Assembly: GCA_965603825.1 (NCBI GenBank)
Contig: CBFDEM010000018.1
Span: 372,001-436,000, forward strand
Reading direction: 5' to 3'
From: Blepharisma stoltei ATCC 30299
Lineage: Eukaryota > Protista > Ciliophora
Length of the DNA stretch: 64,000 nucleotides
The notes beneath the pieces are model-generated. The model did not search any database. It was not told where the DNA came from and worked only from the letters and a program-made list of their open reading frames with translations. Positions 1 to 12,650 of the stretch are shown here, piece by piece (position 1 is the first letter of the stretch; each line of letters begins with the position of its first letter). Position numbers and translations under genes: made by a program.

Positions 1-986
1 TCATGATTGAAAGCATTCCTCCAAGTTATCGAAAAAGAGTCGTCTTAATGAATATGGGCTATTGTATAGGGCCTATGATAAGCCAGCTCATAGCGCTTGC
101 TATAACTCTTTGATGGAGTTTTCCAATAGAAAAATGGAGAGCCTTAGCTGGAGCTATAGCTATCATAACAGTAATTATTGCTGTCTTTAGAGACGATGTC
201 ATGGAAAGTCCAATCTATCTCTTTAAACATAGAGACACGGAGTTCATATCAGTCATTGTAAAAATCGCACAAAGTAATAACAGATTAAGCTATGAATATA
301 AAGCGCCTCTCTTAGTAGCTCAGCATTCCCGACATTCTATGGATGAATCTGAACCTAAAGCTTCTATCAAAGATATATTTAAGAGCCCAAACTTATCTAC
401 AACACTAATCCTATCAGCCTCACAATTTTTATTTTACTTTGGCTTTGTAGGATGTCTGCTTTCATTTCCTCAAATATTGGCTTCAAAGTCTATGGAAACA
501 ACTTACATAGTCTTAATTTCCCAACAACTCTCAGGATTGCTAGGGCTGATTTTAGCATCAAAAATGGTCGATTCCTGCTTTGGGAGAAAATGGACTATAA
601 GTGTAGGATTCTTTTTCTGCGGTATGATGGCATTTCTATTTATATTTGCAGAAAATTTTTATGTTGTAAGAATTATATAGTCAATAGTATTTTCCATGCT
701 GATTTACTTTGGGTTGCTGATGGGAATTGCGTCTAAAAACTTAATAACTCCAGAAAGCTATAAAGAAGATTTAAGAGGTGCTGGAGTTGGATTTGTGATG
801 GCAGTGTCAAGAACAGGTGGAATTTTAGTGCCTATTTGGGCTGGATTAATAACCAGGATTTTTGGATATCAATATACGACAGCTTCATTTGGGGTAATTT
901 TTATCCTTGCTGGGCTGATAAGTATATTTTTAAAGGAGACAAGAAAAATAAAATTCAAGCTGCCAAATACAATATTAATCTCTTAA
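1..986 (+). CDS. MFS transporter (SV2/SVOP-like), 5'-partial; TGA=Trp at 111-113; 15-nt intron 666-680
   Basis: Multi-TM protein with D-x-FGRK MFS motif; close paralog of 1220-2614; ORFs 201-680 and 696-986 join in frame once gtaagaattatatag is removed. Confidence 0.85.
666..680 (+). other. 15-nt spliceosomal intron
   Basis: gtaagaattatatag; same position in the paralog. Confidence 0.9.
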
Positions 987-1219
987 AGACTATTTTTGAT
1001 TATTTTACTATTTTAAAATAATTTCAATATTCAGCTTATATCATGAAATGATTAAAAATGCAATAAATTGTGGAATAATTAACATTTTCAAATTTTGTAA
1101 GAGAAAAATGTCTTATTACTGGTAAGATGCAAAACACAGTAAGCAAAAATTACTCAAGTGACGAGGTTAATTAGTAATAAATTTATTATTATAACTTTAT
1201 TGTTAATAGATTATAATTA

Positions 1220-2614
1220 ATGAAAAGACATACTTCAATAGTCGAGAGAGCATTAGAAGACATCGGATGGGGCTCATACCATAACAAATTATTCTTTAAC
1301 TGCAGCTTTGTACATTTAATTTAGGGATGGGGTTGTGCTCTAATGTGGCTAAGCACCATCTCGAACATTTTAACAGAAAACAAAGAATTCAATGAGCTAG
1401 AAAGGGCAATTTTAGGAGCAGCCATAAATTTAGGCGCATTTGTAGGGTGCTTTGTCTTTGCCAGCTTATCTGATAAGTACGGAAGAACTTATATTTTCAA
1501 AAAAATCACTATAGTCACTTGCATAAGCGCTGTTGTTCTAGTCACATCGTTAAATTTTTTAATGACCCTTATAGGAGTAACATTTCTTGGTCTTGGGATT
1601 GGAGGCGACCTTTCTACTCCTCCGTCAGTCATGATTGAGAGCATTCCTCCAAGCTATCGAAAAAGAGTTGTCTTAATGAACATGGGTTATTGTATAGGAC
1701 CAATGATAAGCCAACTCATTGCACTGGCAATTACTCTTTGGTGGAATTTTCATATAGAAAAATGGAGAGTTTTAGCCGGAGCCGTCACTGTCGTTACACT
1801 CTTAATTGCGTATTTTCGAGATGATGTATTAGAAAGCCCAATATATCTTTATAAAAGAAGAGATACAGAATTTATATCAGTTATTGTCCAAATCGCACAA
1901 AGTAATAACAGGTTGAGCTATGAATTTAAAGCGCCATTACTTATATCAGAGCACCCTCCTGGCACAATAGATGATTTTGGTCACCATGTTTCTATTAAAG
2001 ATATATTTAAGTCTCCAAACCGCTTTACCACAATCATGCTATCCCTTTCACAATTTTTGTTTTACTTCAGCTTTATTGGCTGCTTACTTTTATTTCCCCA
2101 TATATTGGCATCACAGTCTATGGAAACAACATATGTCGTCTTAATCTCACAACAACTTTCAGGATTATTAGGATTAATTCTGGCATCAAAAATGGTTGAT
2201 ACTTGTTTTGGTAGAAAATGGACTATGAGTGTAGGGTTTATTTTTTGCGGAATAATGACGCTTGTATTTATATTAGCAGAAGATTTTTATATTGTAAAAA
2301 TTATATAGTCAACCATATTTTCTGGTCTGATTTATTTTGGATTATTAATAGGCATCGCATCGAAAAATTTAATAACCCCAGAGAGTTATAAAGAAGATTT
2401 AAGAGGAACTGGGGTTGGCTTTGTCATGGCAGTATCAAGAACAGCGGGAATTATCGCTCCTGTGTGGGAAGGATTTATAAATGACACATTTGGACCCAAA
2501 GGAACTACAGCTTCATTTGGATTGATTTTTATATTTGCTGGAATAACAAGCCTATTTCTGCATGATACTAGGAAAATCATATACAAGATGCCAAGAACAA
2601 TTGCGATTTCTTAA
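1220..2614 (+). CDS. MFS transporter (SV2/SVOP-like), ~454 aa; introns 1310-1324 and 2294-2308
   Basis: ATG 1220 (MKRHTSIVERALEDIGWGSYH, an SVOP-like N-terminus), LSDKYGR motif A, ESIPPSYR, PESY..LRG.G.G motifs; two 15-nt GT-AG introns restore the frame. Confidence 0.88.
1310..1324 (+). other. 15-nt intron
   Basis: gtacatttaatttag; removal removes an in-frame TAG. Confidence 0.85.
2294..2308 (+). other. 15-nt intron
   Basis: gtaaaaattatatag. Confidence 0.9.
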
Positions 2615-2737
2615 TATTTCTCCTTAAAACTAATAATATGTTCAGACTTTACTAGATTTTAAGCTCAATTACTAATGATTTCCGGTTTCATTTTCTTTTT
2701 TTTAAAACTTGAGCTTCTTATTATGCAAAAATAATTA

Positions 2738-3838
2738 ATGTTTAAAAACCCCTTCAATTGATGGAAACGACGCGTTGTCCCTTGCAACACCCCAGTTTTT
2801 GCATCAGAAAGCCCATCAAACTCCTCTTTAAGAGCAAGCCATGAATATGTGAACATAAACTTTGACTCAAGTATTAGGGATAGAGATAGAACAGCCTTAG
2901 TGGATGACTTGTCATCACTGGAAAAACTCTCATTTTTGCCTTTGCCGAATGGGAAAAGTGTAAATAGCTATTCAAAGTTCGATTTGAATAATTTTTCACT
3001 CAATTTCAACAACATGTTGGTAAAATCTAAACAGAATGACATTGGAAAATTGCCAATCGAGTACTTTGACGTCATTCTTTATGACTTTTGTCGAGAAACT
3101 CTAAATAAAGACCTCGACAAGAATTGTATAAAATTAATCAAAAAACTCCATCACATTTATAGGTTACAGTCAAGTGCAATGGACCTTAAAGAAGCTGAAG
3201 CGGTTTTGCTGAATGAAAATTTACAGGTGATTACTGAAAAAAATCCAAACGCAATCAACGATTATAATTTGGTAAAAGAAGCTTTAAAAATCTTATCCTC
3301 CATTGCAATAAAATGAGGCTTCATAAGAATAGAAGATTACTTGTATAGGCTAGTTGGGAATGGAGCTAATGTATGTATGCTTGATTTAAAAGAAATAAAC
3401 TCAGAAATATTTTCAGCTGAATCGATTTGACTAGCAATAAATCTTCCAAAAGAGCCTTTGTGTAACTTAGCCGATGACCAGCTAATGCAGAATTCACAAA
3501 CATTGATATCACAGCTGCCAGAACTGATTGGCGCTTTGGTCGCACTCAATAAAGACTGCGATTTCTCTACAACTCCTTCTATAGCTGGATTAGTAGCTTC
3601 AAAGAACTCCGAAGTAGAAGTTTTAACAGGAATTTCTCCTGATTACAATGCAAATATAGTTGACTACGCCCAATTAAAACTGAAGCACGGGGTGTTTAAA
3701 TGCTTCAACAAAAACAAATTCAGAGACGCTGTCAACAACTTGTACAAAAAACTCAAAGAATTCGAGTCTGTCTTCCGACATTTCGAATATGGACTTATTT
3801 CAAATCTGGTAACAATAACTCAAAATAATGAAACTTAA
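2738..3838 (+). CDS. hypothetical protein, ~366 aa (TGA=Trp at 2759, 3314, 3428)
   Basis: One frame from ATG 2738 to TAA 3838 interrupted only by TGA; merges ORFs 2849-3316 and 3458-3838. Confidence 0.7.
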
Positions 3839-3840
3839 TA

Positions 3841-5628
3841 TTAATAGTTTAATTTAGACTTCAAGTCTGTCATCGTCTTTATCAATTTCAGCTTTTCTTT
3901 TTGGCTGAACTTATGGGAGTTCGCAAAATCATGAGCCATCTGCACAGGGTCATCGCCTGGCCTGATTTCGAATTTTTCTGTTTTACCTGGGCCGAGGTTA
4001 ATTTGTATGACGACTGGTTTTTCTTCGTCAGAGCTTTTGTCGCTTTCGTCACTTTCGTCGAATTCTACTATTTCTTGGACGTTTTTGGGAAGCTCGTGGT
4101 CTGATTTAGATTCTTCGCTGTCTGAAGAACTTTCTTCGTTTTGGGAAGGAGCGAAGTATTGGTAAGGATATGTTGAGACTCTTTCTTTGTCTTCTTCAGG
4201 ATGAGATTCGAAGTTTTGGGGTGTAGTTTGGATTGGTGAGTCTGTGTGGATTTCGATTTTAAGATCTTTGGAGTCTAAGGGTTCAATTTGTGCTGGACTA
4301 GAAAATCCTTTGATGGATTCATAATCTGTATTTTTTTCTATATTTTTTAATGATTCTAAATTTGTATTGATTTCAGTGCTAATAGGGTTTTCAGATTCCT
4401 CTATTGGAGCAGCTTTAGAACCTTTCTGTACATTTTGCTTTTCTATCAAATCTGGCGATTTTATCTTCAAGGAAACTGCATGTGCTTTTCATTCTTCTTC
4501 AGATTTTCTGCTTCCATTGCTATTTTCTTCTTCTACGCTGTCAAAAATAGGCTCTAATTTAAGGTCCACAATCTTCACGTCATTTTGTAAGACATCACTG
4601 ACCTCACTTTCTGTCTGAGAAGGCCGTCCTCCTATGCTATCACGTGCACTATTAATAACATTAGCATTACTTTCCCTTTCTGATTTCTCCAAATGTGCAG
4701 ATTTTTTAAATTCAATGTCATCAGTAGATTTTTTTTCTTCAATAATTTCGCTTTCTTGGTTAAAATGAGAGCTTTTTGTACTCAGACTTAGCTCACTTGG
4801 CCTAATATCATTTTTAGCTTTTTTTCTATTTGAGTCTTGAGTGGAGTTTTCAATATTCGGATTACCTTTAGTTGTATATGGCTCATATACATTTTTTCTA
4901 TCAAAGGCATTTTTAGATTCATCTTTTACGGAAACTATTTTTATGTTTTCTTCTCGTAGCATTGATCTGATTCCTGCAGTTATCAATAACTGTTGTAGTT
5001 CATCTTCTTTGTAGAATTTTTGAATAAACTGAGAAGAATTTATATTTTTTTCTGATCCCATTATTTTTGATGCGAGCCTTTTAACCAAAACTGGCTTACT
5101 TTTATACAATTCTTGGGCATATTTTTTTATTTCGCTTTCAGTCAATTTTCCTTCACCTTCAGCTAGATAGGGAGATACAACAACAGCGACTTCAATCAAA
5201 TCTTCAATCAGTTTACGGGTATTATTTTCATTTATAGAGCTTTCCCCATCTATTTCAAAGTATTTTGAGAGTAATTTAATTTTTTCACTCAAACTGCCTT
5301 GTCCCATGAGAGCTGAAGATAAATAAAGTTTTTTAGTGAAAAAATTTCCATCTTCATCTTGAAGGACATTGGAAAAATAGTGGAATGGAGATTCTGGGCT
5401 TGCTAATAAGTCTACTTGAATGCCAATATTCTTGCAGGCAAGTTCTAGCTGTGTAAAGGTCAGTTTTCCTGATTTTCCTTTTAGCAAAAATTCATTTGAA
5501 AGAGCTTTAGCAGATTTGTTGGAAAAAGGACCTTCATTTTCATGCTGGTTGATTATAATTTCTTCTTCAGGAAGTTCTTTTGTTGGGGACAACTCAGAGC
5601 CTCCAGTTCTCCCATTGCAGCATCCCAT
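3841..5628 (-). CDS. N-acylated (MGCC) protein with degenerate EF-hand region and C-terminal PFU-like module, ~595 aa
   Basis: ATG 5628 gives MGCCNG; TGA 4489-4491 read through into ORF 3841-4470 in the same frame. Confidence 0.75.
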
Positions 5629-5949
5629 TTTCAATTATTATTTAAAACAATCAATCTGCTTGCCCATTACAAATATTTTATCTGTCGTTATGATTATCTA
5701 AAATTTTTCTAAATTTTGTATTTAATCAATAAATTATTAAAAAAAACATCTAAATCTATCAAATATGCATTGAAATTTAAAAAATTAATCAACAGTCCAT
5801 AAATTATTCATTCCAATAAATTTCAGGACTTTTCTGGAAGAAATTAGAGCGCATAAACAATTTAGGGAAAAGTAACAGAAGTTTCTGATAAATAAAAAAA
5901 AATTTATCTTATAGTAACACCATAATGGCTGTGAACTTTATATAAATAT

Positions 5950-7401
5950 ATGATTTCTATCTTTGAAGAAACTGATATCAAAGTCAATGGCTGTTCATCA
6001 TTTTGGCATTCCATTGATGAGCGATGGCTAGAAGACATTAAAGAAAATAAAATTTATGAAGGCTCCCTAAGATTGCCAGCCTCAAACTCAATAGGCAAGG
6101 AAAGACATTTCGTGCTGACAAAAACTTCAATATACTCAATGAATAAAAAGAACTCTCGGTCTCCTCAGCTGATGTCAAAAATCAATTGGAAGCTTGTTGA
6201 GCCTTTTATCGAGCATAACACAGGAGATGAACGTTACGGTTTTAAAATTTTTCAAAATAAAATCTTTCAGGATTTTTATGCAAAAAATTCTGATGACCTA
6301 GATTCATGGCTTCACCATCTTTCTTATGTGTCGATAATGACTGATCTTGAAGATGATTATTCAATCATAAGAGAGGTCGGCAAGGGGAGCTTTGCAAACG
6401 TATTTCTTTCCCAAGATTTAGATAACGATGAAAAGTATGCTATTAAGGCAATTTCTAAAAGCAAAAGCTTTAAAGACGCTTATAATAGCATTGGGATGAT
6501 CAATGAAATTGAAGTCATGAGAAAAGTCAAGCATCCTTATATTCTTACACTGCATAAAATATATGAGAGCGAAAACCATGTATATTTGGTTTTAGATTAT
6601 GTAGAAGGAGGAGAACTATTACAGAGATTAATGACGCATGGAAAAATCCCAGAATCATCTGCAGTCAAATTTTGTGCGAATTTATTGGATGCTCTCGACT
6701 ATCTGCATTCTATGAATATTATGCATAGGGATATAAAACCAGAAAATATCCTGATGGTAGAGAGAGGTAATGATTTTGAATTTAAAATTTCAGATTTTGG
6801 CTTAGCGCTGCAAACTGAAGAAAAGCAAGACTTAAGGTGTGGATCTCCAGGATATGTAGCTCCAGAGATATTGAGGAAGGAGCCTTATGACAAAAGAATT
6901 GATGCGTTTAGTGCTGGGATTTTGATGTTTGTGATATTGTCTGGGAGAACACCATTTCCAGGGAAAGATACAAAAGAAATTTTAAGTAGAAATAAAGAGT
7001 GCATGATTCACTATCAAAGCAAATATTGGAGTGATGTCTCTATGAAAGCAATCGATTTAATCCAACGCCTTACTGATCCTAACCCAAATTTCAGGATTTC
7101 TATAAGTGATGCTAAGCAGCATCCTTGGGTTTCATTTTTATTTAGAAACAAAAAAAATCAGCAATTTCCGAAACAACAGGAAGGACAGCTAAGAGAAAGA
7201 TATGCTGCCCCAAATAGTGAAAATTCAAGTATGATTAAAGTAAGCCATAGAGTTCATAATGATAAAAGAAGGGAACAAGGAACTGCTACAGAAAGAAGTG
7301 GACGAACTGCACAGAGTTTGTTTGAAGTAGCAATAAACAAGCATAAAAAAATAGTTTCTCCTTCAATCAGAGCTAAGATGGCAATTTCTGTTGGGCAATA
7401 A
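5950..7401 (+). CDS. PH-domain CAMK-group Ser/Thr protein kinase
   Basis: GKGSFA, AIK, HRDIKPEN, DFG, CGSPGYVAPE all intact; N-terminal PH-like region ending DLDSWLHHL. Confidence 0.92.
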   Translation: MISIFEETDIKVNGCSSFWHSIDERWLEDIKENKIYEGSLRLPASNSIGKERHFVLTKTSIYSMNKKNSRSPQLMSKINWKLVEPFIEHNTGDERYGFKIFQNKIFQDFYAKNSDDLDSWLHHLSYVSIMTDLEDDYSIIREVGKGSFANVFLSQDLDNDEKYAIKAISKSKSFKDAYNSIGMINEIEVMRKVKHPYILTLHKIYESENHVYLVLDYVEGGELLQRLMTHGKIPESSAVKFCANLLDALDYLHSMNIMHRDIKPENILMVERGNDFEFKISDFGLALQTEEKQDLRCGSPGYVAPEILRKEPYDKRIDAFSAGILMFVILSGRTPFPGKDTKEILSRNKECMIHYQSKYWSDVSMKAIDLIQRLTDPNPNFRISISDAKQHPWVSFLFRNKKNQQFPKQQEGQLRERYAAPNSENSSMIKVSHRVHNDKRREQGTATERSGRTAQSLFEVAINKHKKIVSPSIRAKMAISVGQ

Positions 7402-8445
7402 AACTTTTTGATTATCAATAATATATTTATAGGCAAATAAAGTTCTAATTAATAAGCATAAAAAAATTTATTAAAAAATTTTTATCTGAATTTATTATAA
7501 GGAGTGTTTTTAAATTGAATTTATGGCTTGTGATGCGAAAATATAAAATGCCTTAAAGAAAGCCTGCTAACTGAAAAATAGATATTTTTCCTGTGTTTTG
7601 TTCTCTCACGGAGGTAGAGAAAAGATTAAATAGTTAAATATTATTTAAAGAATTAAAACACATTGATTAATTGTCTTCTTTAGATTCTAGCAGCTTTCAG
7701 CTAACTTTTTGTTCTTAATCCAAATATTTTTATACAGCTTAATAACTATATCTTGCTGATGAGGGAAAAAGTGTAAATATGAGCAAGTAGAAAGTATTGG
7801 TCCGAATATTGAGTGTGATATAATATGATTTTCTCCATTTTTTATAGCTTCACATATTAAAATTTTCACATGCCAAATACCATAAGCAACTTAGGTAGCA
7901 ATATTATATAGGGACCTCAGAATTTTAAGCTAATCTTAGAATCAACTTCAAAATTGCTATATCATATAATTTCTCATGGCCATCTGCCTGCTATTAACTT
8001 TTTCTAGATTATGATTATATCATTCATATTAAACAAAATATAATAATCCGTAAATGCATTGGGAAAATTATTAAAAGGTGAGTTCCCATTTAACTAATTA
8101 CAAAAATCATTCATTCTTTATTCTTTATTGAATCAAAGAAATGCGTTTTTTATGAGAATATCAAGTCAAATACCATTTTACTTACTCTATCACAGTTAAA
8201 GAATATCTCATGAGTTTTCTTAACTTAATAGTGAATTAAATCTTATTGTAATAAAATTGATATATCATTAAACACTTTTTATGTCTAGCAAACATGAAAA
8301 AAGAGAGTTTGAATTATTTAACTGATAGCCTAATTAATAAAAAATAAATAAATCTTATTTTACAATTAATATTCTTCTTTACATAATTCTCAAGTTTTAT
8401 CAAAAACCTAAAATATTGTGAATTCAACTTCTTATTGTTGAAAAA

Positions 8446-11400
8446 ATGGGTAAAAAGCCTTGGGTAATCGGTGGCATTTTGAGTTGCTGCGGGATTATTA
8501 TGATCCTTATAGGTGCAGTCATCCCTATCTTCGTCAAAAGTGCAATGCGAGAAGGAATCATAGCTGGGACTGTGCTTACCGACGAAAGTGAGTGAAAACT
8601 ATGAGGCCAAATTCCAGGAAAAACCAAAGATATCATCATTCACGAATATCATTTCTACAACGTCGAAAACCCTGACGAAGTCCTATATCAAGGTGCAGTT
8701 CCTATTATTACTGATATGAATGGTTACACATATCAAGAATTCGATGATTTTATCATGAAGGAGCATACAGATTACAAAGGAACTGATAAGGCCTGGATTC
8801 ATTATTTCCTCTATATGAGAGTCGACAACTCCCCTCATTGCGTATGGAGAAATAACACTCATCCTAGTGACAAAATAATGCAGATAAGCTTAGGATCTCT
8901 GGGTGCATGGTATGGAATGAAAACAACTCCTCCAGAGTCTTTAGCATTAGCTGCTATTTTTCAGCTGGTAGAAGGGCTTAATACAGCACTTGCCCTAGGA
9001 GCTTATACTCAAGGTGTTGCCTCATTGTTCCCTTCTTATAATGGTGCTCAGAATTATATATTCAAGCCAGCAGGAATCAGCCCTGAAGTCGGAAAACAGA
9101 TATGGGAAGATAAATACTTTGGAATGGGAAATTGGGTTACTATGCAGACCTGGGTGATGGCTTTACAAGAAAACATGGTCGATGGTAATTTTGTGTTCCC
9201 ACAAGTCATCAGTGGCTCTTTATATGTGCTATGGCAAAACTTCGGACTGTCCCAAAGCCAATTTACCTCAATTTTCAGTGGACAATGGAAAAAAGTGTAT
9301 GATATCGTGGTCATCGCATTTTATAATAACTATCTCTGTGAGTCCATAGTAGAAAATGGCTATGTATGTGACCCTGCTTATCTTGGAGCTTTACAATGGA
9401 CAAACTCATTGGTCACTATGGAGCCACCTCTAGGCGCTCCATCTCAAGGGCCTTCTATTGTATCCGCAAACAGCTCCACTTTTGGTTTCCCAGAAATCAG
9501 CTATTTTATGAACTATACAGGCACTTATGATAAATACCCTGATGTCAGCTTTACAGTTGATGACTATTTCCAGCTGTTTTATTATGACAGAATTACTGGG
9601 TGGCCGAAATGGAGCAATTATACGCTGCTAGACGTCGGGCATATGAGCCTTTTCTTTGCAGAAGGAAGAGCTGGGAACTTTGAACAGATGAGAAAAGATT
9701 TTAATCTGAAGTCAGTAGACCATGCCAGAGTTTTGTGGGACTATATCAATGAAATTGTATCTTTAACAGCTTTACAAGGAAGAACTGATCAGTCTATTTA
9801 TAATGTGGAAAATCGAGGAATAGCGTCAGAAGCTTCATTAGGTACTGTTGGAAGCCAGGCGATCTATCAGCTTTGGACATCTTTAGGTGAACTAATTCCG
9901 CTTAATATTACATGTGCTTATGACTATATTAGACTGACTTTTGAATTGAATCTCACTTGTGAAATAATTGTAGGAGATGCTCTTCCAGGACAAGAAAATA
10001 TTTGCAATATCCCAATGCTTCAGTGGGGTAATTATACAGCAACTATGGCATTATGGATCTTGCCATACTGGAACGGAATTAGTTCAGAGTATGGAATGCT
10101 GTTCCAACAAATCACTGGTCTTTCTGATGAAGATATGGAAGCACTATACTCTCCAGAAAGCCCACTTGTTACAAACCTCACTTCTTTAGATTTTGAATTA
10201 AAAGACCATTATAACTGCACAAATTCAGGATTAAGGTGCTTTGGGTGGGATTTGGCTGCTAAGCAATGGGGAAGAGGCTATGTCACTGAAAACCTCCCTT
10301 CATGTTTCAAAATTTTAGAACTGTATAACACCTCATCAATTTATTACCTTTTCAAAGATGTCCAACAAGTCCTAGTCACATACCCAGAATACTATGCTTA
10401 TGTTTTGAAATGGAATTTAACCTCAGAAGGTCTTACAGACGAACAAATCGACAATGCTCTTACTTTTGACAAACTTCTAGGAGCTTCGACTTTACAAAAT
10501 TTCTTTATTATGGATTTTGAACAAAATTATACAGGAATGAAAGAAGTTTATATGATGGATAATCCTCTGGATTTATTGAACTGGGTCAGATACTGCATTG
10601 ATAAATTCGCTTTTGGAGGGATGTTTAGAGCTAAAACAGTGGAAACTATATTATGGACTGACTATGATCCATTTTTAGCACAAATTAAAGCTACAAATCC
10701 ATTACTGGGAGGACAGCCTAATGTAAACCCAGCTCAAATTCAGCTTGGACAGAATGTAACAAGAGAGCAGTTTGAGTATATCCCATTGAAATATAGACAT
10801 GCATTAAATACAGGAGCTAGAGATCTTGATGAAGTAAGATGGTATAGACTTTATAATGGAGCACCATTTATTAATATTCTGCAGGAGCAGTACTTTGGAG
10901 AAAGCCCTTGGGGATCGCTAATTGAATGGGTTAACTTTAACCCATGGGCTGAGTATGTGCAAGTTAGTGGAGGAGATACATGGAATTTCCAGCCATTTTT
11001 AGATAAAGACTCAGACATCATTTTCTTCTTAGACCAAGCTTCTTTAGTTTTCAACGGCAAATACATTGACGAAACTGAATACAGAGGCTTTACATGCCTC
11101 AGGTTCGCTCTTGACAACTCTGCCTTACAAAACGCCACTCAGAACCCTGCACAAGCAGTTTTCTACCAATTTGCCCCATCTGGCCTGGTAAACCAAACCA
11201 GTGTTATGGGAGCTCCCCTATTCGGAAGCAAGCCTTATTTCTTAGACTGTGATCCAATGCTTCAAAATTTAGTAGTCTATACAAGGCCAGAATTAAACGT
11301 CCCATCTGAGTACGAGTCTTATCTAAATTTAGAGCCTAACACTGGAGCTTGCTTTTATATTACAGAGCAGCTTCAATATAACGCTGAACTTAAGCCTGAT

Positions 11401-11757
11401 GCCTTATACCCAAATCTAGGTAAGCTAAGCCTAGAAAAATATGGATATAAAACCTATATGCCTATGTTCTTTATGATGAAAACTGAAGAGTATGATCAAC
11501 ATATCGTTGATAAATACTGGGGAGATATAAAGATGGCACTGCTTATTATTCAGTTATGTGAAATTATTGGATATACAACTGGAGCACTCTTATTTGCAGC
11601 TTTAGGACTTTATGTGTTGAAATTGAAAATCAATGCGAGAAGGAGAGAAAAAGGATGGACACCTGATAATGGAGAAATGAATGGAAAGCTGATTGAAAGC
11701 AATGGAAAAACAGAACATAAAGATCCTTGGATGAATGGCAAGCTGATTGAAGAATAA
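8446..11757 (+). CDS. CD36/LIMP-II (scavenger receptor class B) family membrane glycoprotein, ~1103 aa
   Basis: ATG 8446, N-terminal TM, TGA=Trp at 8593 and 8602, then YHFYNVENPDEVLYQGAVP (CD36 signature); GGD..F.P, S.PYFL, LEPNTG motifs; C-terminal TM. Confidence 0.88.
11677..11751 (+). repeat. 21-nt direct repeat (1 mismatch) encoding MNGKLIE twice
   Basis: atgaatggaaagctgattgaa (11677-11697) and atgaatggcaagctgattgaa (11731-11751). Confidence 0.85.
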
Positions 11758-11878
11758 GATTTATATCATTAATGGGTTTTAAACAATTATTATTTGTTAA
11801 AAATTAGCTGGTTGATATTAGGTTTTTCTAAAAAATAAATGCATAAGTATTCTCTTTTTAATTAGAAAATGTTAAAAA

Positions 11879-12595
11879 ATGCTTCTTAGAAGAATATGGA
11901 GGAGAATAAGCACAGACGACCCCTATTCAAAAATTAAGCCTAAAGAAGCTGGCCGAGAATTCTACTTAAACCCTAAAAAGTTTTACAGGTACACTCCTAA
12001 AGAAGAAATTATTTTTGACAATGGTAAAGCCTTAGTGTACCAAAACAAATCTCATACCTTGAAAATCTTTTATCTTCCCAAACTAGTCTTTATCTTTTTA
12101 TTTGGTTCGAGCTTTTGATCCCTTAACAAATTTCTAAATGCTACTCCTATATTCGCCCTACTTACGATGCCAATAATTTTAGCTGGCCTACATGCAGCTA
12201 TCGGCACAAAAGTCCTTACACATATGTATTTACACCTAGACGGAAAACATATCGACTTACGATATCGACTTTTCCCTTTTATTTCCTGAACAAAAACATA
12301 CAAAATCACTGATTTTGCAGGCCAAAAATCAAATTACTTACATATTGTGTATACCCTAAATCCTGTCCCTAAAAATTTGCTTGGCTTTATGGAGTGTAAT
12401 CAATCAGAACTTTTCCCTTTATATTGGCAAGAAAATGATTGGAAATTTTTTATTCTTGCAAGGAAGCCTTCAGTTATAAATGAAGACCTATTCCCAAATA
12501 TAACAAATGGAGTCGAAATAGACACAAGCAAATTTAGAGGAAGAGTCAATTTTTTTAGAGAAAGATATGTAGAGATAAATCCTGAAGATAATTAA
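11879..12595 (+). CDS. probable mitochondrial two-TM protein (TMEM70/186/223-like), ~238 aa
   Basis: Arg-rich presequence-like start MLLRRIWRRIS; TGA 12116 and 12287 read through; two hydrophobic segments followed by MYLHLDGKHIDL. Family call is tentative. Confidence 0.5.
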
Positions 12596-12650
12596 TAGCA
12601 TTTCTTATAGGAAAATAAGAAATTATAATATCTTTTATATTAATAGAACC

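Noticed and set aside
7402-8445. 1-kb intergenic region with short inverted matches (~7555-7700) and a 60-aa ORF
   Set aside because: No conserved RNA motif, telomerase-like template or credible coding signal visible.
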